This document shows, one piece after another, positions 51,841 to 59,778 of a stretch of DNA of 64,000 bases. The stretch covers positions 96,001-160,000 of the forward strand of contig JBALDB010000005.1 of NCBI GenBank assembly GCA_036918135.1. The letters run 5' to 3'. This DNA comes from Nostoc sp. Lineage in GTDB: Bacteria; Cyanobacteriota; Cyanobacteriia; Cyanobacteriales; Nostocaceae. Made by a program: the position numbers and the translations under genes. The notes beneath the pieces are model-generated. The model saw nothing but the letters and a program-made list of their open reading frames with translations, made no database searches and was not told the origin of the DNA. How positions within the stretch are numbered: the first letter of the stretch is position 1; the number at the start of each line of letters is the position of its first letter.

Positions 51841-52022
51841 GAGTTGATTCTCCGTTTTGTGGTTGGTGTCCCGTTGTCGAGCCGTTGCTCAGTCGGCAGG
51901 TCTGACCGCTTTGTGAGGGTAATGGGAAGAAGTGATAGATAATTTTTCCCCTGCCCCTACTCCTCTTTTCCAGGTGAGAGCAATCGGTCGAGATTGATAG
52001 AATAGTAGAACTCTATCCAGGA

Positions 52023-52334
52023 TTGTGTTCCATGTCGCATACTCTGATTGATATTGGACAGTTGATTGAGGTTGCTCTCGATCACCACGGTAGTCGTCCA
52101 GTAATTGCAGGCACAGGTACGTCTGTTCGGCAGATTGTAGCTCTGTATAAGCAGGGTTATAGTGCCGATGAAATAGTAATGGATAAGAGTTACCTGACAC
52201 TGGCTCAAGTTCACGCTGCCTTGGCATATTACTACGCCAATCAATCCGCCATTGATACTGACCTAGATGCCGAAGCCCAAGAGTACGATCGCCTAGTGAC
52301 CATGCACCGAGAATTCTTGCAGGGGAAAGAATGA
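52023..52334 (+). CDS. DUF433-family antitoxin
   Basis: GSRPVIAGTGTSVRQIV..G.SADEI...LTLAQVHAALAYYY. Confidence 0.85.
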   Translation: MCSMSHTLIDIGQLIEVALDHHGSRPVIAGTGTSVRQIVALYKQGYSADEIVMDKSYLTLAQVHAALAYYYANQSAIDTDLDAEAQEYDRLVTMHREFLQGKE

Positions 52335-52696
52335 GCCAAATTAGTCTGTACTTAGACGAGGATGCAACCCACAATCGACTGTTGCAAGCACTTCGCAATC
52401 GAGGAGCTGATGTCATCTCCACCGCCGAAGCAGGGCGACTATCCAAGTCAGATGCAGACCAATTAGAATGGGTGTTTGTCAATCGAAGAGTCATTTACAG
52501 CTTTAATGTTAGAGATTTTTACCGACTTCACACAGAATGGCTAGAACAAAGTAAATCTCATGCTGGCATCATCTTGGGCAAGCAAGATTATACGATTGGG
52601 GATCAGATGCGGGGATTGTTGCAGTTGATAGCTACAAAATCTTTAGAGGACATGGAGAATCACATAGAGTTTTTGGGAGAGTGGATTAAACGGTAG
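52331..52696 (+). CDS. DUF5615 PIN-like toxin
   Basis: LYLDED, SDADQL, YSFNVRDF, HAGIIL; 4-bp overlap with DUF433. Confidence 0.85.
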   Translation: MSQISLYLDEDATHNRLLQALRNRGADVISTAEAGRLSKSDADQLEWVFVNRRVIYSFNVRDFYRLHTEWLEQSKSHAGIILGKQDYTIGDQMRGLLQLIATKSLEDMENHIEFLGEWIKR

Positions 52697-52771
52697 TGAA
52701 AGATTTGGAGAGCAATTGGGGAAATAAACTCCTAGCAGGTAATTTTCCCCCTACACCCTGCCCTGCGTTCC

Positions 52772-54799
52772 CTAATACGGCGTAGACCAAGTTCTCACAT
52801 CGCCCAGCGTTACCGGAATCAAATCGCTGACATCAATCGTGAACCGGAACACCTTTTTGGCACGGCGACTGTTTTCCGGGTCAAAGAACTTCAGCTTCAC
52901 ATCCCAACAATCGCTATCTACCCGACAGAAGGGACTTTTCTCTACCGTGATGCTGTCTAGTTCCATGCCGGTTGCTACGGCTTCGGCAAACGTGGAAGCC
53001 GCCTGGAAGGCATTCGTCGCTGCAAAGTTGAGCGCCCGGTCTTGTGACGTGGTGCCGAGATTTCGTAAATCGTAGTAAATCCGGTTGAGGAAACTACTCA
53101 ACGTGCGCCGAATCGGGTCTTCTTGGGCATCTCCGACGGTGGTTTGTACTGTCTGGATGGCAGCAGATACGAGTGTATTTATCTTCCAGCCATACATTCC
53201 TCGCGGGTTTTGCGGTGCCAGCAAAGGCACAGTCTGCCCAGAAAACAGCTTGACGGTGCGTCCGGTCAAAACTCCCGGAATACTCACCCGCTCTACATAT
53301 TCTTCGCTGCTTTCCGCTTGAATTTGCCCTGCCAATAGTTCTTGCAAAACGGCGTAGGTGTCTCGCGCAAATGCTCCTTGGGGTTCGATCGCATAAATTG
53401 GCGTCAATTCGATGTTCAATGTCCAAATGAGCGATCGCGATTCTGAAGGACTTACCGCCAAGTAATCCACCATCTGCCTTGCATCATAAGGGTTTGCTGG
53501 CACTACAATCCCATTGATGTTGTAGGCAGGCATCAGTTGTTTAAAAGAATCTCGCCTTGCTTCAGAGCCAAAGTCATAGCCAAGCGTCCCCAAAGCATAC
53601 ACCAGTTGACTCTCAGCAATTTCGCTGGGAGCTTGACTAGCTGTGACAAAGTTCGAGGTAGATTGAGTCATAGTGGGTACTTGTTGAGTCCTTGAGTGTG
53701 TGGATGGGGTAGCTGAGGAGACATTTGAGGGAGCGATTGAAGCAGCCGATTGAGACTGGTTTACAGGTGCAACGGCAAGGGTGGCGGCAGGTTCCACGGC
53801 TGTAGGTGTCTGCGCGAGGGATGCAACATCGATTAAGTCATCAACAGGGCGATCGGATGATTCGACCTGGCTTTGTTGGGTTCCACCACAGCCGCAGCCA
53901 GAAGCAGCAACCGCTGACAAAGTATCTGACACAGTTCCTCCAAATAAGTATTCAAGAGTTCCAGAGATATTGAGTTTGCCAACCAAACAGCGACTTGCAT
54001 CGGTTGTATCGGCTGGCGTACAGGGCAAAGCACTATTTAAGATTGCCGCCCTGACTTTTTGGGGATCGGGTGTTTCGCCCCGCTGAATTTGCAAACTTAA
54101 TAGCAGTGCTGCTACTCCCGTGGCGATCGGTGTAGCAAAACTAGTTCCACTCAACCGAGTTGTTCCGCCTCCTGGTTTTGCCCCCAAGATATTTTCGCCC
54201 GGTGCCAAAATGCCTTGAGCTTGGTAAGTTTTGCCCCAGTTGCTAAAGGCGATCGGCTTACCTTCGTCGTCCATTGCCCCAACCGCTAACACAGCTGGCA
54301 AAGCTGCCGGAACGTGTAAACAAGCACAACCATCATTGCCTGCTGCTGCCACAATCAGCACATTTTTTTCTTGACAAAGCTGCACCGCTCGCTTCAACCA
54401 TCCTTCTGCCTCACCTTCATCGGTAAGTTGCCCACCGCTAATATTGATGATGTGCGCCCCCGCGTTGACCGCTTGCTCGATCGCTCTGGCTAAATCGAGT
54501 TGGGACAACTGCCGTCCGGCATCTGCAAACACCGGTACGATTAATCCTTTACATTCAGGGGCAATTCCCCTAACAGTGCTACCCGACTGACCAAAGATGA
54601 TGCTGGCTACATGAGTGCCATGCAGAGACATCTCACCATGAGGATTTGCTTCCCCAGTAACCAGCGTCGGTAGCTGGATCAAGTCTGCTCCCACAAAACA
54701 GGGATGCTTCAAATCAGTCAGTCCGTCGAGTACAGCAATGCAAATTTGTGGGCTACCAGAGGTTTTTGCCCATAGTGGAGCCAGAGGTAAAAGATTCAT
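52772..54799 (-). CDS. patA: Cyanobactin N-terminal protease, PatA-like S8 protease + C-terminal domain
   Basis: VLDG (D25), HGTHVAS (H60), GTSFATP triad without macrocyclase insertion; SGCGCG linker; conserved C-domain. Confidence 0.92.
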   Translation of the reverse strand: MNLLPLAPLWAKTSGSPQICIAVLDGLTDLKHPCFVGADLIQLPTLVTGEANPHGEMSLHGTHVASIIFGQSGSTVRGIAPECKGLIVPVFADAGRQLSQLDLARAIEQAVNAGAHIINISGGQLTDEGEAEGWLKRAVQLCQEKNVLIVAAAGNDGCACLHVPAALPAVLAVGAMDDEGKPIAFSNWGKTYQAQGILAPGENILGAKPGGGTTRLSGTSFATPIATGVAALLLSLQIQRGETPDPQKVRAAILNSALPCTPADTTDASRCLVGKLNISGTLEYLFGGTVSDTLSAVAASGCGCGGTQQSQVESSDRPVDDLIDVASLAQTPTAVEPAATLAVAPVNQSQSAASIAPSNVSSATPSTHSRTQQVPTMTQSTSNFVTASQAPSEIAESQLVYALGTLGYDFGSEARRDSFKQLMPAYNINGIVVPANPYDARQMVDYLAVSPSESRSLIWTLNIELTPIYAIEPQGAFARDTYAVLQELLAGQIQAESSEEYVERVSIPGVLTGRTVKLFSGQTVPLLAPQNPRGMYGWKINTLVSAAIQTVQTTVGDAQEDPIRRTLSSFLNRIYYDLRNLGTTSQDRALNFAATNAFQAASTFAEAVATGMELDSITVEKSPFCRVDSDCWDVKLKFFDPENSRRAKKVFRFTIDVSDLIPVTLGDVRTWSTPY

Positions 54800-55063
54800 T
54801 TGTCAAGAGCGATCGGAGGCTGTTAGATTTTCACTGAACAAATCACATCGTGTTAGAGAATGTTTGAAAAGTCCTTTTCTTGGTAGCAAAACGTTTTAGA
54901 TAACTCATTATCTCCCTTAAAAAGTAAGGCTGATTCATTGCTAAAAAGCTTTATAAATCATATTTATAGCAATTTAAAATTTATTATTTTATTAACTACC
55001 TATCTATTAAACAGACCATTACATTGTTATTTATATACTTAAAATTCTATTCAATCACCACCC

Positions 55064-55229
55064 AGAGAGCCTATTTATAAAGTAAATATTAAGTAAGGTG
55101 TGTTACAGCTATGCAAGGATTTTGAAGTTTGAGAGAGTGAGGATTAGCCGCAGGGCACCATCTCTGTTGGTGCGTTCAGCGTTGCTATAACACACCCTAA
55201 AATTTAAGTTTACTTTATAAATCATCTCT
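55064..55229. mobile_element. MITE-like element
   Basis: Inverted ends tttataaagtaaa / tttactttataaa and inner IR ggtgtgttacagc / gctataacacacc. Confidence 0.55.
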
Positions 55230-55392
55230 AAATATTACCTGTACATTTTAATTCTCCATCAACATTTTCAAGTCCATTTAAGACAATTGAGGTTTTGTTT
55301 GGTGATTTATTTATCGAGCTTTTCACAAGTGGTTGATAGGACATTTCCATTAACAGAAACTTCGTGTAAATTTTTTGAAAGCTACTACTCAT
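55228..55392 (-). pseudogene. Single-repeat cyanovirin-N-like (CVNH) gene, frameshifted
   Basis: aaggag RBS and ATG 55392; MSSSFQK / EVSVNGNVLSTTCEKLD / NKTSIVLNGLENVDGELK pieces match the CVNH repeats at 47897-48203. Confidence 0.8.
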
Positions 55393-56438
55393 CAGATTTT
55401 ACTCCTTCTACTTTGTTAGTAAATACTTAGTAATTTAATACTATACACACATTACAATAGCAAGTCAAAATACATATTAATCTTTTACAAAAATATAACG
55501 AACTTGTAAAAATAAAATAACCACATTATTAATTTGATTAATTGACAATTTATAAATTATCTGCGTTAGCAAATATCAAATAACTATATTATTAACAATA
55601 TTAATTGACTAATAATAAATTATATGCAGGAAAAATTATATAGCGTTTGGCGTTGTTGTGGAATAAGCCAAACTAGCACTTAATCTGAAAATAGTCATAA
55701 CCATGACTGCGACCCCAACCAAGGTTAACCCAAAGCTTTTATAAATAGGCTTTATATTTTCATTATAAGAATTCCTCTTTTTTAGTTTGAGACGAGATAA
55801 ATACATAAAAGGTTTAAATTTTTCATTTTCCTGTTATTAACATAAAAACTAACTTTTATGCTCGATAGAAATACTGTACATACATCACACTATTAAATCT
55901 GAACTCATAATAATCTTTAACAAAAATGAAATTAATTTTTACTGATAAAATAATTCTATTATGAAAATTATTGATTGACTTTAATTAAAATGTATGCATG
56001 AAAAAAGAGAAGTTTGTCTAACAATATTAATATTATTAATTGACTAATAATAAATTGTGTGCATCAAAAAGTATAATAATTAGAGATTGAGATAAAAAAC
56101 TAAGTACATCCCTTTGATGGAGTCTACTTTTTAGATGCTAATAACATCATCTTTGGTACAGTTTGGTGGCGTTGTCAGCGCTCTACTCAGTAAGAAGCTT
56201 GAGACGATGCTGACTAGAGTCTTCATCAGCCCTGTGAGTAAAGGAGTTGTAGGGGGATGGCGAGCAAAGCAAGAAAGAGAGAAACAAGGTAATTTCATCT
56301 TGTAGTCTTTTTATCCTGTGTGCCTGTGCCTTTGTTTGTAAATATTATCTAGCTATATTGATTACGCAGACTTAATACGATTAATTATCGTCAAAATCCA
56401 AACTAGCAATTATAAATTGCAAATTTTTATGAGCATTT

Positions 56439-58970
56439 ATGCATATTTATCGTTACCTGATTTTAGGGCTACTAATTTTTTTCTTAATAACAACTGTATT
56501 ACCAGCCACCGCAGAGGATTCTATTTCCCCAACTCAATCTCAAGTCATCTTACTGGAACAAGGAAAACAACTTTATGATGCCGGGAAGTTGGCACAAGCA
56601 GCACAAGTTTGGGAACAAGCAGCTCAAATATTTCAGCAAACCAAACAGCAGCACTATCAAGTATTAAGTTACAACTACCTAGCTATTGTTTATCAAGATT
56701 TAGGTAAATGGTCAGCAGCGCGATCGCTCCTTACCCAAGCACAGAATATCCTCAAAACAATAGATGATTCCTTCCTTTACGCCCAAGTTCTCAACACCCA
56801 AGGAAGTTTAGAATTAAATACTGGTCAACCGGAAATAGCCTTAGAAACTTGGCAGCAGGCAGAGAAAACCTATCGTTCCCTCAAGGATGTGACAGGGATT
56901 ATACTATCGCAGATTAACCAAGCCCAAGCTTTGCAGACATTGGGAGAGTATCGACGCGCCCAAAAGCAGCTAGAACAAATCAATCAAGACCTTGCTGTTT
57001 TACCTGATAATCTCCTAAAAGCCAGGGGATTGCGGAGTTTAGGCGTAACTCTGCAAGTAGTGGGAGATTTAGAGCGATCGCAACAAGTATTATTGCAAAG
57101 TTTAGCGATCGCAAAGCAAGTAAATTCTAACGCAGATATCGCCGAAACCTTATTCAGACTGGGAAATACCGCAAGAGCTAGGGAAGATTTTCCAGCTGCC
57201 TTAGAATTTTATCAGCAAGCAAGTAGTAGTAGTGAGGAGCGTACTCAACTAGAAGCGCTCCTCAACCAACTTAGCCTGTTAATAACAACTAAGCAAAATC
57301 AAGCCGCACTAGGATTATTACCGCAAATTCAAGCGCATCTTGCTAACTTAGCTCCCAGTCGTTGGGGAATTTACGCCCAGGTTAATTTAGCAGCAAATTG
57401 GATCGAACTGTCTTCATCAAATACAATAGACATTGCTCAACTTTTGGCAAAAGCAGTCAAACAAGCCAAAGAATTAACAGATACAAGAGCGCAAAGTTAT
57501 GCTTTAGGAGAGTTAGGACATCTCTATGAACAAACTCAGCAATTCTCACAAGCCCTAACTCTCACCCAAACAGCACTATCTTTGGCCCAGGGAGTACATG
57601 CAGATGATATTGCCATCAATTGGTTGTGGCAGCAAGGGCGAATCGAGAAAGCTAGAGGGAATGTCGAGACAGCAATTACTGCTTACGAACAAGCTGTTGA
57701 TTCTTTAACATCTGTGCGTCAAGACTTAGTGCAACTAAATCCTGATGTCCAGTTTTCTTTTCGCGATCGTGTTGAACCAGTATATCGACAGCTAGTACAA
57801 TTACTTTTGCAAGATGTTGATAGCCTTTCGCAAACCACTAAACAACAACATTTAGAGAAATCTCGCAAAACAATTGAAGCACTGCAACTAGCAGAGTTAG
57901 AAAACTTCTTCCGCGAAACCTGCTTAACTTATAAACCCCAACCCATAGATACAATTGACACAAAAGCAGCAGTAATTTATCCAATTCTGCTAGAAAATCG
58001 TTTGGAAGTAATTGCTTCTCTGCCAGGACGACCTTTGCAGCATTATGGAACAAACCTTTCCTCAAAAGAGGAATCAAACGTTTTTGATGAACTACGTCAG
58101 TCTTTAAACCCTACTTTCTTGCCTGAGGAAATACTACCTTCTGCTCAGAAATTATATGATTGGTTATTGCGTCCTGCCGAAAAAGAAATAGAAATTCAAG
58201 GCATAAAAACTTTAGTATTTGTCTTAGATGGTTTTTTGCGTAGTTTACCAATGGCAGTTCTCCACGACCGCCAACAGTTTCTCATTCAAAAGTACAGCAT
58301 AGGATTGACTCCTGGTTTGCAACTATTAGAATCACGCCATCTTCCTCCCCAACAGTTTCAAGCTTTAACTGCAGGTTTATCACAAGCACGTCAAGGCTTT
58401 GCTGAGTTACCTGGTGTCAAACAAGAAATCAAACAAATTGCTAACTATGTTCGTGCAAAGGTACTACTCAATGAAAAATTTACTCGCCCCAACGTCCAAA
58501 AGCAAATAGAAGAAATTCCCTTTTCAATAATTCATCTTGCTACCCACGGCGAATTTAGCTCTCAAGCCGAAGACACATTTTTGCTGACTTGGGAAGACCG
58601 CATTAATGTTAAAGATTTAGATAAATGGTTAAAAAGCAAATCATCAAAACTGCGCCAAAATGGAACTTCTCAACCAATTGAACTGTTAATTCTTAGTGCT
58701 TGTCAAACTGCTAAGGGCGATAATCGTGCCGCCTTGGGATTAGCAGGAATTGCTGTGCGTTCTGGTGCTAGAAGTACCTTAGCAACCCTTTGGTCAGTAC
58801 AAGACCAATCAACTGCTGACTTAATAGCAGATTTTTATCGTCTGCTTACCCAAACTGGACTCAGCAAAGCTGAAGCACTGCGCCAAGCACAACTATCTTT
58901 ATTAAATTATCCTCAATACAAACATCCTTATTATTGGTCTGGGTTTGTATTAGTAGGAAATTGGCTCTAA
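56439..58970 (+). CDS. TPR + CHAT (caspase-like) domain protein
   Basis: N-terminal signal/TM segment, TPR repeats, IHLATHG and LSACQTA catalytic motifs, HPYYWSGFVLVGNWL. Confidence 0.93.
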   Translation: MHIYRYLILGLLIFFLITTVLPATAEDSISPTQSQVILLEQGKQLYDAGKLAQAAQVWEQAAQIFQQTKQQHYQVLSYNYLAIVYQDLGKWSAARSLLTQAQNILKTIDDSFLYAQVLNTQGSLELNTGQPEIALETWQQAEKTYRSLKDVTGIILSQINQAQALQTLGEYRRAQKQLEQINQDLAVLPDNLLKARGLRSLGVTLQVVGDLERSQQVLLQSLAIAKQVNSNADIAETLFRLGNTARAREDFPAALEFYQQASSSSEERTQLEALLNQLSLLITTKQNQAALGLLPQIQAHLANLAPSRWGIYAQVNLAANWIELSSSNTIDIAQLLAKAVKQAKELTDTRAQSYALGELGHLYEQTQQFSQALTLTQTALSLAQGVHADDIAINWLWQQGRIEKARGNVETAITAYEQAVDSLTSVRQDLVQLNPDVQFSFRDRVEPVYRQLVQLLLQDVDSLSQTTKQQHLEKSRKTIEALQLAELENFFRETCLTYKPQPIDTIDTKAAVIYPILLENRLEVIASLPGRPLQHYGTNLSSKEESNVFDELRQSLNPTFLPEEILPSAQKLYDWLLRPAEKEIEIQGIKTLVFVLDGFLRSLPMAVLHDRQQFLIQKYSIGLTPGLQLLESRHLPPQQFQALTAGLSQARQGFAELPGVKQEIKQIANYVRAKVLLNEKFTRPNVQKQIEEIPFSIIHLATHGEFSSQAEDTFLLTWEDRINVKDLDKWLKSKSSKLRQNGTSQPIELLILSACQTAKGDNRAALGLAGIAVRSGARSTLATLWSVQDQSTADLIADFYRLLTQTGLSKAEALRQAQLSLLNYPQYKHPYYWSGFVLVGNWL

Positions 58971-59033
58971 CAACTCGGAAAATTATCTAGATTTCTACCC
59001 GATAAACCAACAACTTTAATTAATATCTTTTTT

Positions 59034-59729
59034 ATGCACAAATTACTAAGCATTACTATCTTACTAAACCTAGTAATTTTTGGCTCACCTATCTTAGCAC
59101 AATCACTAGTAGAAAAAAGCAAAACTAACTTACAAAATATCATAGTTTTTCAAGAGAATTTTGACCCACCTGGAGATCCAGAACCAAAAAGTGGTACTGT
59201 TGGTGCAGGTTCTCGTGACGGACAGAGATGTTCTGCAAACGAACAGCCTATTAAACCTTTAATGCCAAAGCGTAACTTTGGATTAACCTTTGAAGAACAT
59301 CCTCCTGTATTTATTTATTTTCCCAAAACTTCAGCCAAAAAGGTTCTGCTGACGTTTAGAGATGAAACAGGAAACTATTATGAAAGAACTTTTTTACCTA
59401 TCACTACTGGAGAAGGGATTGTTAGCTTTATCCAACCCAAAGAAAAAACGCCATTAGCTATAGGTAAAAATTACGAATGGTCATTGGTAGTTGTCTGTGG
59501 AAAAACTGTACAACCAGACGACCCAACATTTAAAGGTTGGGTACAACGAGTTGCAAAAACGACTAAAGTCAATCAGGAGTTAAATCAAATGACTACAATT
59601 GCTCAAGTGAATTGGTATGCACAGAGAGGATATTGGTATGAAATGGTCATGGCGCTCAAGGAAGCAAGCAAAGCTGAACCTAACAATGCCCAATTATTTA
59701 AATCCCTGATAAAAACTTATATACAATAG
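59034..59729 (+). CDS. DUF928 domain protein
   Basis: GAGSR..C, LMP..NFGLT, Y.WSL.VVC, GWVQRV, YA..GYWYE; follows the CHAT gene. Confidence 0.85.
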   Translation: MHKLLSITILLNLVIFGSPILAQSLVEKSKTNLQNIIVFQENFDPPGDPEPKSGTVGAGSRDGQRCSANEQPIKPLMPKRNFGLTFEEHPPVFIYFPKTSAKKVLLTFRDETGNYYERTFLPITTGEGIVSFIQPKEKTPLAIGKNYEWSLVVVCGKTVQPDDPTFKGWVQRVAKTTKVNQELNQMTTIAQVNWYAQRGYWYEMVMALKEASKAEPNNAQLFKSLIKTYIQ

Positions 59730-59778
59730 TCGTTTTTTGCTAGAGCAAACAACAAGATTTTCCAAATTTCAACCAGAG

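Noticed and set aside
51889..52494. 201-aa minus-strand ORF and the many other short overlapping ORFs in the track
   Set aside because: They are antisense or alternate-frame shadows of well-supported genes and show no recognisable motifs.
38800..54799. Cyanobactin cluster as cargo of the CAST
   Set aside because: The CAST closes at 38206 with its terminal repeat and the matching GTTAT duplication, so the cluster lies outside it.
54800..56438. Integrase att site (duplicated tRNA 3' end) bounding a larger island
   Set aside because: No copy of the tRNA-Arg 3' end and no integrase gene were seen in the window.
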